From the NCBI GenBank assembly GCA_964522055.1, contig CAZFUP010000003.1, positions 1 through 45,496 on the forward strand: a stretch of 45,496 nucleotides of DNA, read 5' to 3'. The position numbers and the translations under genes are program-made. This stretch comes from an uncultured Gammaproteobacteria bacterium (lineage in GTDB: Bacteria > Patescibacteriota > Patescibacteriia > Patescibacteriales > UBA12465). Every line of letters begins with the position of its first letter. The first letter of the stretch is position 1. The notes beneath the pieces are model-generated. The model was not told where the DNA came from. It searched no databases and was given only the letters and a program-made list of their open reading frames with translations. Shown in pieces: positions 1 to 9,424 of the stretch.

Positions 1-1
1 C

Positions 2-484
2 AAGGCAAAAATTGAAGATCAAAATTCTTTTTCTCAAATTGAAAAAAATACAATTTCTTCTGTTGCTGTAATTGAAGATTTTAAAGATCAAGAAGATGAA
101 CTTCCTGAAAATTTTTTACTTGAAGGAGAGGTTGCTATTTCAGAGCCAGAGGAACAAAAAATTAGCGCTTTATTTGACAATCCAATAAGCGGACAAATTA
201 TAACTTCACCTCTTTTAGTAGAGGGTAGTGTTAGCGGTTCTTGGTTTTTTGAAGCAATTTTACCTATTAAATTAGTAGATGATTCTGAAAATCTAATAGC
301 ACAAGGCAGTGCTTTTTCTAAAGGAGATTGGATGACTGAAGATTTAGTTAGTTTTAGTGGGGTTTTAGAATTTGATATAGACAAGATCGAGGCTGACGGT
401 GGTTATGTTGTTATCATGAAAGATAATTCTTCTGGTTTAGATATTAATAAAGAGGCTGCTCGTTTGCCTGTTAGATTTAAATAA
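2..484 (+). CDS. Partial (5'-truncated) protein with a C-terminal Gmad2-like immunoglobulin domain
   Basis: Frame 2 is open from the window edge to TAA at 482-484 and is missing from the ORF track. It translates to ...SPLLVEGSVSGSWFFEAILPIKLVD...GDWMTEDLVSFSG...KDNSSG..., which matches the GxWFFEA/DWMT/KDNxSG pattern of Gmad2 domains common in CPR. Confidence 0.7.
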   Translation, partial: KAKIEDQNSFSQIEKNTISSVAVIEDFKDQEDELPENFLLEGEVAISEPEEQKISALFDNPISGQIITSPLLVEGSVSGSWFFEAILPIKLVDDSENLIAQGSAFSKGDWMTEDLVSFSGVLEFDIDKIEADGGYVVIMKDNSSGLDINKEAARLPVRFK

Positions 485-491
485 TTTTTAT

Positions 492-1346
492 ATGGGAATT
501 GAATATTTATCAGGAGTTAAACCTGGGGACAAGATAGATTTAAGTCGTTTTGAAAGAAAAACAACACAAGAAAAAGAAATAGATCCAGATCATTATTTAC
601 CTTTTTTAAAAGAAGGTCTACTTAATTTATCTAAAGAGGCTAACAAATATCTAGATGGCTTTTTAGATGATGAGGGAAAAATTTCTATTTCTGGTAAAGA
701 CGAAAAAGCAGATTTAGCTTTAATAGCTAGTCAGGAAGACGCTTTTAGTCGTGATTTTTATGGCAAAAAGCCAGAAGATATGGAAGCTTTTCAAAGAGAA
801 AAAGAAAAAAGCATTCCTAATTTAACAGAGATTGCTTTAACATTATTACTTGATAAATTTCTAAAAGATCGTTTTATTGTTGCTCGAGCTTCTTCCTATG
901 ATGATTATAACAATGGAGTTGATAATGTTTTGATAGATAAAAAAAGCGGGGAAGTTTTATGTGGTTTTGATGAAGTTGTTTCAAGGGTAGGAACATCTTT
1001 TAGCGCTAAAAAAGAAGTTAAAATGGAAAGAGCTATGGCTAAAGGAGGCGCTAAACTTAAATATGGTGCTCGTCTTGAAAATGGTAAATTAGTCAGAGCG
1101 TCAGCTTCAAATATTCCAGCCTTTTATATTCCACTTGATAAAAAAGAATTAAAAGATTTATTGGAAGCTTTAAAAAATGAACAAGACAAAGATTCTTCAA
1201 AAGAAGTCATGAAAAAAATCTTCTCTAAGATGTTAATCTCTTTATCAGATCAGATTAGTCGTTATAATTTAGATGATGATTTAAAAAACAAAACCAAGGC
1301 TGTTTTTAAGAAAATTGAAGAGGTGGCTAATTTTTCTAAGAATTAA
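492..1346 (+). CDS. Hypothetical protein, possible PD-(D/E)XK-like fold
   Basis: 284-aa ORF packed tightly between neighbours. Acidic motif ASSYDDYNNGVDNVLID...CGFD; no confident family assignment. Confidence 0.6.
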   Translation: MGIEYLSGVKPGDKIDLSRFERKTTQEKEIDPDHYLPFLKEGLLNLSKEANKYLDGFLDDEGKISISGKDEKADLALIASQEDAFSRDFYGKKPEDMEAFQREKEKSIPNLTEIALTLLLDKFLKDRFIVARASSYDDYNNGVDNVLIDKKSGEVLCGFDEVVSRVGTSFSAKKEVKMERAMAKGGAKLKYGARLENGKLVRASASNIPAFYIPLDKKELKDLLEALKNEQDKDSSKEVMKKIFSKMLISLSDQISRYNLDDDLKNKTKAVFKKIEEVANFSKN

Positions 1347-1352
1347 TTAAAT

Positions 1353-2759
1353 ATGAATAAATTATTTTTATATAATACTTTAAGTCGCAAGAAAGAAGAA
1401 TTTAAACCTATAAATAAAAAAGAGGTAGGGCTTTATACTTGTGGTCCAACTGTTTATAACTATGCTCATCTTGGTAATCTGCGTGCTTTTTTGTTTTATG
1501 ATATTTTAAAACGTACCTTAGAATACAATGGCTATAAGGTAAAACATATAATGAATATTACCGATGTGGGGCATTTAAGTGGTGATAGGGATATGGGTGA
1601 GGACAAGCTAGAATTAGGTGCTAAAAGAGAGGGAAAAACAGCTTGGGAAGTAGCCTCTTTTTATGAACAGGCATTTTTTAAAGATATTGTTGCTTTAAAC
1701 ATTAAGTTAGCTAATTTATATGCTAAAGCAACAGAAAGCATAAAAGAACAAATAGCTTTAATAAAAGTTTTGGAAGAAAAAGGCTATGCCTATCAAATAA
1801 GCGATGGTATGTATTTTAATACTGCTCTTGTTAAAGACTATAATAAATTAAGCCATCTACCTCTTGAGGAATTAAAAGAAGGAGCGCGAGTTGAAAAAAA
1901 TCCTGAGAAAAAAAATCCAACTGATTTTGCTCTTTGGAAATTTTCACCAAAAAAAGAAAAACGCCAGATGGAATGGCCGTCTCCTTGGGGTATTGGTTTC
2001 CCTGGTTGGCACATAGAATGTTCGGCTATTAGTTTGAAGTATCTACAAGGGAAGTTAGATATCCATTGCGGCGGGATTGATCATATTAATGTTCATCATA
2101 CTAATGAGATTGCACAATCAGAAGCAGCTACTGGCCAGAAATTTTTTAATTATTGGATGCATAATGCTTTTTTAAATATCAGCGGGGGTAAGAAGATGGC
2201 TAAAAGTGGTGATTTTTTAACTTTAAAAAAAGCGCTCCTTGGAAAAGAGATGGACCCCTTAGCTTATCGCTTTGCTTTTCTTCAAGTTAGTTATCGCAAG
2301 CCTATGGAATATAGTGAAGAAAGTCTAAAAAGGGCGGCCGAAGGTTTAAATAGCTTGAGATTGGCAATTGCGTCTTTAGGAGAAAAAAAGGGAAAGGTGT
2401 CTGCTTTTTGGCGAGATAAATTTTTAGAAGCTATTAATAATGATTTGAATATGCCTCAGGCACTAGCCTTGGTTTCCAAAGTTCTAAAAGATAAAATAGA
2501 TTTAACTGATAAATTAGCGACAATTTTAGATTTTGACAAAGTTTTAGGTTTAAATTTAGATCAGCCAATTTTATTTTCAGAAAAAAAAGTTGCCTTAAAT
2601 TCATTATCGCCTGAAATTAGAAAGATAATTTTAAATAGAGAAAAAGCTAGACAAGAAAAAAATTGGTTAGAAGCTGATAGATTGCGGGAAGCACTAAAAG
2701 AGAAGGGATATTTAATTAAAGATTTAAGTACTGGTTTGGAAATTAGACGAAAAAATTGA
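1353..2759 (+). CDS. cysS: Cysteine--tRNA ligase
   Basis: YTCGPTVYNYAHLGN (HIGH-like), NITDV, DFALWK, PGWHIECS, HHTNEIAQS, KMAKS (KMSKS-like), C-terminal ADRLR. Confidence 0.98.
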   Translation: MNKLFLYNTLSRKKEEFKPINKKEVGLYTCGPTVYNYAHLGNLRAFLFYDILKRTLEYNGYKVKHIMNITDVGHLSGDRDMGEDKLELGAKREGKTAWEVASFYEQAFFKDIVALNIKLANLYAKATESIKEQIALIKVLEEKGYAYQISDGMYFNTALVKDYNKLSHLPLEELKEGARVEKNPEKKNPTDFALWKFSPKKEKRQMEWPSPWGIGFPGWHIECSAISLKYLQGKLDIHCGGIDHINVHHTNEIAQSEAATGQKFFNYWMHNAFLNISGGKKMAKSGDFLTLKKALLGKEMDPLAYRFAFLQVSYRKPMEYSEESLKRAAEGLNSLRLAIASLGEKKGKVSAFWRDKFLEAINNDLNMPQALALVSKVLKDKIDLTDKLATILDFDKVLGLNLDQPILFSEKKVALNSLSPEIRKIILNREKARQEKNWLEADRLREALKEKGYLIKDLSTGLEIRRKN

Positions 2760-2769
2760 AAAACTTTTT

Positions 2770-3768
2770 ATGGCTTCTGATTTTTGGTTAAGACTTAAAA
2801 ATAATAAAAAACCTATTTTAGCCCTTGCTCCAATGGCTGGTTTTTCTGATTCTGCTTTTCGGCAAATTTGTTGTTATTACGGAGCTAAGGTTGTTTATAG
2901 TGAAATGGTCTCAGCGGCCGCTCTTTTTTATAATCAAAAGAAAAAAGATAATGCCACTTTAGATTTACTGAAGTTTAATCGTTTAAAAGAACGTTATTTT
3001 GTAGTTCAGATATTTGGCTCTGAGCCAAAACATTTTGCTTTTGCCGCTAAATTAATTAGCGAGAAGATAAAACCAGACGGGATTGATATAAATTTTGGCT
3101 GTCCTGTGCCTAAAATTATTAAACAGGGAGCAGGCGCTGGATTAATGAAAGATTTAAAAAAATCACGTGAAGTGATAGAAGCAGTTTTAGCTAATACTAA
3201 ATTACCAGTTTCTATAAAAATAAGGACACAATCTGGATCAGTTTCTGCTTTTGATTTTCTAAAAAATATTCGTGATTTAAAAATTAGTGCTTTAATGATA
3301 CATGGGCGATCTTTATCTCAGGGTTTCGCTGGTGAAGCTGATTTTGAAAAGATAAAAGAAGTGCGCCAATTTTTTTCAGGAATTATTTTAGCTAATGGGG
3401 GGATTAATAGTTTATCTAGTGCTAAAAGGGCTCTTAAATTAAGCCAGGCAGATGGTTTAGGTTTAGCTCGTGGGGTGCTTGGCCGCCCCTGGCTTTTTAA
3501 AGAGATAAATTGTAATAAAGAAATGTCTTTGTCTTCTTATAAAATTTTTAAAATTGCTTTAAAGCAAGCAGTGCTAGAAAAAGAACAGAAAGGTCAGTAC
3601 GGTATTATAGAATTTAGAAAACACTTAGCTTGGTATGCACAAGGATTACCCCAGGCAGCTAAAATAAGAAGCCAATTAGTTAAAATAAAGAACATTTCAG
3701 ATTTAAAAAAACTTCTTGCTAATTATGAATTATTTCAACCGGCCATTATTTTTAAAGATAAAAAATAG
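2770..3768 (+). CDS. dus: tRNA-dihydrouridine synthase (DusB-like)
   Basis: LAPMAG, YSEMVS, DINFGCP, GAGAGLM, KIR, HGR, ANGGI, RG..GRPWLF, RKHLAWY. Confidence 0.95.
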   Translation: MASDFWLRLKNNKKPILALAPMAGFSDSAFRQICCYYGAKVVYSEMVSAAALFYNQKKKDNATLDLLKFNRLKERYFVVQIFGSEPKHFAFAAKLISEKIKPDGIDINFGCPVPKIIKQGAGAGLMKDLKKSREVIEAVLANTKLPVSIKIRTQSGSVSAFDFLKNIRDLKISALMIHGRSLSQGFAGEADFEKIKEVRQFFSGIILANGGINSLSSAKRALKLSQADGLGLARGVLGRPWLFKEINCNKEMSLSSYKIFKIALKQAVLEKEQKGQYGIIEFRKHLAWYAQGLPQAAKIRSQLVKIKNISDLKKLLANYELFQPAIIFKDKK

Positions 3769-3776
3769 AATTTATT

Positions 3777-4178
3777 ATGAAAAAAATTACTTTAATAATT
3801 GATACTAGCTATAAGGAAGAGATAAAACTTTCTCTAGAAAAAGATAATCAGTTTTTATCTTCTAAAAAAATAAAAGCAGTCAGAAGCCAGTCGGAAAAAC
3901 TTTTAGTAAGCATAGATCAATTTTTGTTAAAAAATAAAATAAAGATTAGTGATTTAAAAGAAATAAAAGTAGCTAGTTACGGACATAGTTTTACTAGTTT
4001 GCGTATAGGAGTGATTACTGCCAATGCTTTAGGTTATGCTTTAAAAATTCCTGTTTTGTCTTTAGAAGATAAAAATAAAAGTAGTAAAAAGAAAATAAAA
4101 AAGCTTTCTTATTCTATTGTTGAGCCAGTTTATGATAAGGAGGCTAATATCGGGGTGTCCAAGAAGCCTGTGTATTAG
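3777..4178 (+). CDS. tsaB: Short TsaB/YeaZ-like t6A biosynthesis protein (N-terminal domain only)
   Basis: IIDTS, QSEKLL, GHSFTSLRIG...ANAL (canonical GPGSFTGLRIG), C-terminal EPVY. Only 133 aa. Confidence 0.8.
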   Translation: MKKITLIIDTSYKEEIKLSLEKDNQFLSSKKIKAVRSQSEKLLVSIDQFLLKNKIKISDLKEIKVASYGHSFTSLRIGVITANALGYALKIPVLSLEDKNKSSKKKIKKLSYSIVEPVYDKEANIGVSKKPVY

Positions 4179-4223
4179 TTGTTGAAAACTTTTTCTTAAA
4201 TTTGGCAAATAAATTTAAGTTTT

Positions 4224-4255
4224 AAAATCTACTTGTTGATAAGTAGATTTTTTTT
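4224..4255 (+). terminator. Intrinsic terminator after tsaB
   Basis: Inverted repeat AAAATCTACTT-gttgat-AAGTAGATTTT followed by a T run. Confidence 0.65.
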
Positions 4256-4287
4256 ATTTTTTTTAGCTTATTTTAAATAAAAGATAA

Positions 4288-4358
4288 GTGTTGACCCCAG
4301 GGGTTAAGTGGTGTATAATTAAACTCGTAAGGTGAATTGTGGGGAATGGTGGAGAACA
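4288..4358 (+). promoter_or_regulatory. Putative MraZ-binding direct repeats
   Basis: GTGGG(G) at 4339 and GTGGA(G) at 4349 are spaced 10 bp apart, with further GTG boxes at 4288 and 4308 overlapping the promoter. This matches the known GTGG-N6 MraZ operator repeats. Confidence 0.7.
4291..4319 (+). promoter_or_regulatory. Sigma70-type promoter of the mraZ/dcw operon
   Basis: TTGACC (4291-4296), 17-bp spacer, TATAAT (4314-4319). Confidence 0.8.
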
Positions 4359-4383
4359 AACTGCCATTTTATAAAAAAGAATT

Positions 4384-4815
4384 ATGTTTATCGGTGAATA
4401 CAATCACAATTTAGATGAAAAAGGACGACTGGCAATTCCAGCTAAGTTTCGTCTTATTTTGAAAAAAGGGGCAGTTGTTACCAAAGGTTTGGACAACTGT
4501 TTATTTTTATATTCCAAAGAACAATTTGAAAAGATTGCTAAGAAATTTGCCGCTTTGCCAATTAGTCAATCAGGTGCTCGTGCTTTTAGTCGTCATATGT
4601 TAGCGGGAGCGATGGATTTAGAGTTTGATAATCAGGGAAGAATTACTTTACCAGAGTATTTGCGAAAATTTTCTTCATTGAAAAAAAAGATAATTGTTGC
4701 TGGCTTATATGATCATTTAGAAATATGGGATGAATCTTTGTGGAATAAGTATAAGACGGAAAATGAAAAGAATAGTAACATGATAGCTGAGAAATTAGGA
4801 GACCTGGGAATATAA
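4384..4815 (+). CDS. mraZ: Transcriptional regulator MraZ
   Basis: MFIGEYNHNLDEKGRLAIPAKFR and a second DNQGRI motif; 143 aa; upstream of rsmH. Confidence 0.97.
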   Translation: MFIGEYNHNLDEKGRLAIPAKFRLILKKGAVVTKGLDNCLFLYSKEQFEKIAKKFAALPISQSGARAFSRHMLAGAMDLEFDNQGRITLPEYLRKFSSLKKKIIVAGLYDHLEIWDESLWNKYKTENEKNSNMIAEKLGDLGI

Positions 4816-4820
4816 GAAAT

Positions 4821-5708
4821 ATGATTTACGAACACGTTCCAGTTATGTTGGCTGAAGTTCTAAAATATCTTGATTTGCAACCAGGAAAAAAATATATAGA
4901 TTGTACTTTGGGTGGTGCTGGTTACACAATAGCAATTGCTAAAGCGACGGGGAAGAAAGGACTGGTAGTCGGAGTTGATTTAGACGAACTGGCTATAAAA
5001 AATGCAAAGCGATTATTTAAAGAAAATAGTTTAGAAAATGTTGTTTTATTTAATGATAATTTTAAAAACATAAAATCGTTAGTAGAGTCTCATTTTAAAG
5101 AAGGAGAAAAATTTGATGGTATAGTATTTGACTTAGGATTATCGTCGGCACAACTTGATGATGAAACAAGAGGGTTTTCTTTTAAGGGTGAAAGACCGCT
5201 TGATATGTCCTTTGGACCTAAGAATGAACGTTCCACAGAAGAAATAATAAACAGTTATAGCTTGCAGGAGTTAACAGATATTTTTAGAGAATACGGAGAG
5301 GACCGGCGTGCTTATCAGATTGCTAAAGCTATTGTAAATGCTCGTAAGAAAAAGAGAATAAAAAATAGTGTTGATTTAATAGAAATAATTGAAAGCGTGG
5401 TTCCTTTTCGTCATTATTCCAAAATTAATCCAGCAACTAAAATTTTCCAGGCCTTAAGAATGGAAACTAATGATGAATTAAATAGTTTAAAATCAGTTTT
5501 ACCAGATGCTATTTGTTTATTAAAACCTGGAGGAAGATTGGTGGTTGTTTCTTTCCATAGCGGTGAAGACAGAATAGTAAAGAGGTTTTTAAGAAGCAGA
5601 GAAGACTTAGAGATTTTAACTAAAAAACCATTAACAGCTAAAGATTTAGAGATAAGCTCTAATCCAAGAGCTCGCAGCGCTAAGTTAAGAGCTGCTAGTA
5701 AAAAATAA
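4821..5708 (+). CDS. rsmH: 16S rRNA m4C1402 methyltransferase
   Basis: HVPVM, DCTLGGAG, DLGLSSAQLD..RGFSF, PLDM, FQALR, SFHSGEDRIVK, NPRARSAKLR. Confidence 0.97.
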   Translation: MIYEHVPVMLAEVLKYLDLQPGKKYIDCTLGGAGYTIAIAKATGKKGLVVGVDLDELAIKNAKRLFKENSLENVVLFNDNFKNIKSLVESHFKEGEKFDGIVFDLGLSSAQLDDETRGFSFKGERPLDMSFGPKNERSTEEIINSYSLQELTDIFREYGEDRRAYQIAKAIVNARKKKRIKNSVDLIEIIESVVPFRHYSKINPATKIFQALRMETNDELNSLKSVLPDAICLLKPGGRLVVVSFHSGEDRIVKRFLRSREDLEILTKKPLTAKDLEISSNPRARSAKLRAASKK

Positions 5709-5748
5709 AATTAATAATTTTTAAATTAATATAATATCTGCCTATTCT

Positions 5749-6090
5749 ATGACTAAAGCTATAAATTATTATCAAGCTCAGAAAAGTTTTAATAAGCAAA
5801 AGAAACGTCTGAGTTTAAGAAACTTCAATATCAGCTTAATAGCTTTAATTATTGTTTTAAGCGCCTTTCATCTTATAAACATTAGCGATTTAACAGCTAA
5901 GGGTTTTATTCTAAAAGATTTAAAAGCACAGTCTAATATCTTATCTAGTGAAAAGATGAGTTATGAGGAAAAGATTAATGGTTTGCAGTCTTACTATACT
6001 CTAAATTCCCGGGCAGAGAATTTAGAGATGATAGCAATTAATGAAATTGATTATTTAAATGCTCCTCTGGCAGCCGTGGCGCGTAAATAA
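5749..6090 (+). CDS. ftsL: Putative cell division protein FtsL-like
   Basis: Basic N-terminus, single TM helix, coiled coil; sits in the ftsL position between rsmH and the class B PBP. Confidence 0.6.
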   Translation: MTKAINYYQAQKSFNKQKKRLSLRNFNISLIALIIVLSAFHLINISDLTAKGFILKDLKAQSNILSSEKMSYEEKINGLQSYYTLNSRAENLEMIAINEIDYLNAPLAAVARK

Positions 6091-6092
6091 AT

Positions 6093-8036
6093 ATGTGGCG
6101 CAAAGGAAATAAAGATCAGTCTAATAAAAACAAATTAAATAATAATCGTTTGCGCGTAGTCGTGGCGGTTGTTTTTTTATTATCCGGTGCTTTGCTTTAT
6201 AAGTTATTTTCTATTCAAATTAAGCAATTTGATCTTTATACTGCCATGGCCTCTTCTCAGCATCGTATTTATAGCGAAATTAAAGCAGAGAGGGGAAAAA
6301 TATTTTTTGGTGAAAAAAATAACAATCAGGAGAAACTTTATCCCTTGGCGACCAATAAGGATTTTGCTGATTTATATGTAGTACCTAAAGATATTGCTAG
6401 TTCAACTGAAGTTGCTGAAAAATTATATAAATATTTTGATGAGCCAATTCTTTTAGAAGAATTAAAAAAGGAGATAGCTAGCGGATATGATTTAATTATT
6501 TCCACTAGCACTAAAGAAGAAATTATTCAAAAATATTTGAAAAAATTAGATAAGCCGGGGGACCCCTATGAATCTTTAAATAAGAAGATGGGGACGGATG
6601 AGCTTTTGAAACTATTTGCTTATTTAGCTTCTAGTGAAACAGAAATAAAGGCTGAAGATTTAGAAATAAGAGGTGGGCAAGTTTTTTATCTTTCAGGAGA
6701 CTTGGCTGGAGAAAAATTTTCTTTGCCGGGTTTTGGATTTGATTTGCAACAACATCGTTATTATCCAGAGAAAGAAATTGCTTCTCATTTGCTTGGTTTT
6801 GTTAGTTATATTGATAATGAAGAAAATGGCCGTTATGGTTTAGAAGAATTCTTTAATTCAGAATTATTTGGTGAATATGGTTATTTGAAATCAGAAAAAG
6901 CGGCTGGCAGTAATACTATTATTGTCAATGACAGAGAATATACTAAGCCAGTAAATGGTGTAGATCTCGTTTTAACAATAGATCGTAATATTGAATTTGT
7001 TGCTTGTGAAAAATTAAAAGAAAGTGTAAAAAAACATGAAGCAGATGGCGGCACTGTTATTGTAGTTGAGCCAAAGAGTGGTGCTATAATTGCCATGTGT
7101 TCTGTTCCTGATTTTAACCCCAATGACTACAAAAATGTTGATGATATAGCGGTCTATAATAATCCGGCTATCTTTAGTCAATATGAGCCAGGTTCTGTTT
7201 TTAAGGTTGTAACCATGGCGATTGCCATTGATCAAAATAAAGTCTCTCCTAATACTACTTATAAAGATGAGGGGCAAATAATGATAAATGGTTGGCCTAA
7301 ACCGATAAAAAATTCTGATTTTTCAACCAAAGGGCCACATGGAATAGTTGACATGAATGCTGTTTTGGAAAACTCTTTAAATACTGGCGCTATTTTTGCT
7401 ATGCGCCAGGCTGGCGTTAAGGCTTTTTCTGAATATGTAGAGAATTTTGGTTTTGGTGAAAGAACTGGTATCGAGCTTGGTGCAGAAAGTCCTGGTAATA
7501 TTGATAATTTGTTAAAAAATAAGGTAAAAGAAATTGATGCGGCTACGGCTTCTTTTGGACAAGGTATAGCCGTAACTCCTTTACAAATGCTTATGTCTTA
7601 TCAGGCCTTAGCTAATGATGGAGTTTTAATGAAGCCCTATGTTGTTAAAGAAATTATTCGTCAAAATAGCCAAAAAGAAATAATTACTCCACAATCTGTA
7701 AGGCGAGTAGTCTCTGCTAAAACAGCTGATACAATGTTAGCGATGCTGGTAAACATCGTAGAAAGAGGACATTCTAGCAGGGCGTATATTCCTGGATATT
7801 ATATAGGTGGAAAAACAGGAACAGCTCAAATTGCCGGTATGGGTGGCTATAAGCAAAATGAATATATCCACACTTTTATTGGCGTAGCGCCAATTGAGAA
7901 TCCAAAATTTGTTATGTTAACTAAGATTGATAATCCTAAAGATGTTATCTATGCCGAAGGTTCAGTTGTCCCTTTATGGAAAGATATAGCTGATTTTATC
8001 TTAAAGTATTATCAGATTCCTAAAACAAGAAATTAG
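6093..8036 (+). CDS. ftsI: Class B penicillin-binding protein (FtsI-like transpeptidase)
   Basis: N-terminal TM, RG.I, RYYP, GLE, LTID, EPGSVFK (SxxK), SLN (SxN), KTGTAQ. Confidence 0.93.
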   Translation: MWRKGNKDQSNKNKLNNNRLRVVVAVVFLLSGALLYKLFSIQIKQFDLYTAMASSQHRIYSEIKAERGKIFFGEKNNNQEKLYPLATNKDFADLYVVPKDIASSTEVAEKLYKYFDEPILLEELKKEIASGYDLIISTSTKEEIIQKYLKKLDKPGDPYESLNKKMGTDELLKLFAYLASSETEIKAEDLEIRGGQVFYLSGDLAGEKFSLPGFGFDLQQHRYYPEKEIASHLLGFVSYIDNEENGRYGLEEFFNSELFGEYGYLKSEKAAGSNTIIVNDREYTKPVNGVDLVLTIDRNIEFVACEKLKESVKKHEADGGTVIVVEPKSGAIIAMCSVPDFNPNDYKNVDDIAVYNNPAIFSQYEPGSVFKVVTMAIAIDQNKVSPNTTYKDEGQIMINGWPKPIKNSDFSTKGPHGIVDMNAVLENSLNTGAIFAMRQAGVKAFSEYVENFGFGERTGIELGAESPGNIDNLLKNKVKEIDAATASFGQGIAVTPLQMLMSYQALANDGVLMKPYVVKEIIRQNSQKEIITPQSVRRVVSAKTADTMLAMLVNIVERGHSSRAYIPGYYIGGKTGTAQIAGMGGYKQNEYIHTFIGVAPIENPKFVMLTKIDNPKDVIYAEGSVVPLWKDIADFILKYYQIPKTRN

Positions 8037-8039
8037 AGT

Positions 8040-9329
8040 ATGAAAAAAATTCTGCAATTTAAATTAAAAATTATTGCCAAATGGTTGCTTAAAAGGTATC
8101 AGCCTATTGTTATAGGTATTACTGGTTCTATTGGAAAAACCAGTACTAAAGAAGCAATTTTAACTGTGTTAAAGGATAGGATGGCAGCAAGGGGTAGTAT
8201 TAAAAATTATAATAATGAAATTGGCTTACCTCTTACAATTATTGGCCGTGAATCACCAGGAAAAAGCTTTTTTGGCTGGTTTAGTTTGTTTCTGTATTCT
8301 TTTCGCCTCTTGTTAATTAAGGATAAAAATTATCCCAAGGTTTTAGTTTTAGAGCTAGGTGTTGATAGACCTGGTGACATGAAATATTTAACTAACATTG
8401 CAAAACCAGATATAGGCTTAGTTACTAATGTTAGTTATTCTCATTTGGAGTATTTCGGTAGCTTAAATAATATTTGTAAGGAAAAACAAGGATTAATAGA
8501 AGTCTTAGATACTAAAGGTTTGGCTATTTTAAATTATGATAACGAATCAACTCGTTCAATGATAAATATCAGCCAGGCAAGAGTTTTGACTTATGGCTTA
8601 AAGCCAGGAGCTAATTTACAGGCTCAAGATATAGTTTATAATTTCGTTAAGGAGGGTTATGATTTATCAGGAATTAACTTTAAATTAAATTACAATGGAT
8701 CAATTGTCCCTTTAAGTATGAAAAATGTTTTGGCAGAAACAGCTCTCTATTCTGCCTTAGCCGCTACTGCTGTTGGTATTTATTTTAAACTTAATTTAGT
8801 AGAGATCGCTCAAAGTTTAAAAGATTTTTGTTTACCACCGGGACGAATGAATTTATTGCCAGGTATTAAACATTCTTTTATTATCGATGATACTTATAAT
8901 TCATCACCAGAAGCAGCTTTAGCAGCAGTAAAGACGCTAGCTAAAATAAATATAGACAAAGAAGCTAGCCGATACGCTGTTCTTGGCGATATGTTGGAAA
9001 TAGGCGCTTATAGCGAAGAAGGACATCGTTTAGTTGGCGCTCAAGTTGCTAAAAGTGGAATAAAATATTTAATTGCTGTTGGAGAAAGAGCCCGTGATTT
9101 TATAAGAGGAGCAAAAGAGTCTGAGATGGAAGATGATTTTATTTTCTATTTTGACAGACCAGAGGAAGCGGGTAAATTTTTGCAAAATCGTTTACAGGCT
9201 GGTGACGTTTTATTAGTTAAAGGTTCTCAAGGGGCAAGAATGGAAAAGATAGTTAAAGAATTAATGGCTGAGCCAGACAAAGCTAGTAGTTTGCTGGTAC
9301 GGCAGAGCAAGGAATGGGCTGGGAAATAA
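8040..9329 (+). CDS. murF: UDP-N-acetylmuramoyl-tripeptide--D-Ala-D-Ala ligase
   Basis: GITGSIGKTSTKE, NNEIGLPLT, LELG, HLEYF, IDDTYNSSP, LGDMLEIG, LVKGSQG..ME. Confidence 0.95.
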   Translation: MKKILQFKLKIIAKWLLKRYQPIVIGITGSIGKTSTKEAILTVLKDRMAARGSIKNYNNEIGLPLTIIGRESPGKSFFGWFSLFLYSFRLLLIKDKNYPKVLVLELGVDRPGDMKYLTNIAKPDIGLVTNVSYSHLEYFGSLNNICKEKQGLIEVLDTKGLAILNYDNESTRSMINISQARVLTYGLKPGANLQAQDIVYNFVKEGYDLSGINFKLNYNGSIVPLSMKNVLAETALYSALAATAVGIYFKLNLVEIAQSLKDFCLPPGRMNLLPGIKHSFIIDDTYNSSPEAALAAVKTLAKINIDKEASRYAVLGDMLEIGAYSEEGHRLVGAQVAKSGIKYLIAVGERARDFIRGAKESEMEDDFIFYFDRPEEAGKFLQNRLQAGDVLLVKGSQGARMEKIVKELMAEPDKASSLLVRQSKEWAGK

Positions 9330-9349
9330 AAAAAAGAAAATTTTTAAAG

Positions 9350-9373
9350 AAAAATCCGCTTAGCGGATTTTTT
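9350..9373 (+). terminator. Intrinsic terminator after murF
   Basis: AAAAATCCGC-tta-GCGGATTTTTT. Confidence 0.85.
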
Positions 9374-9374
9374 G

Positions 9375-9403
9375 TTGTCAATCTGCTTATTTATGTCTAT
9401 ACT
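9375..9403 (+). promoter_or_regulatory. Sigma70-type promoter for rmlD-rmlA-GT2
   Basis: TTGTCA (9375-9380), 17 bp, TATACT (9398-9403). Confidence 0.65.
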
Positions 9404-9424
9404 TGGTATTAGATATATAAAAAT

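Noticed and set aside
88-384. 98-aa minus-strand ORF
   Set aside because: Antisense shadow of the plus-strand Gmad2-like CDS (2-484).
4169-4383. Replication origin
   Set aside because: Only a few degenerate DnaA-like boxes, no dnaA/dnaN nearby, and the region is explained by a terminator plus the mraZ promoter and operator.
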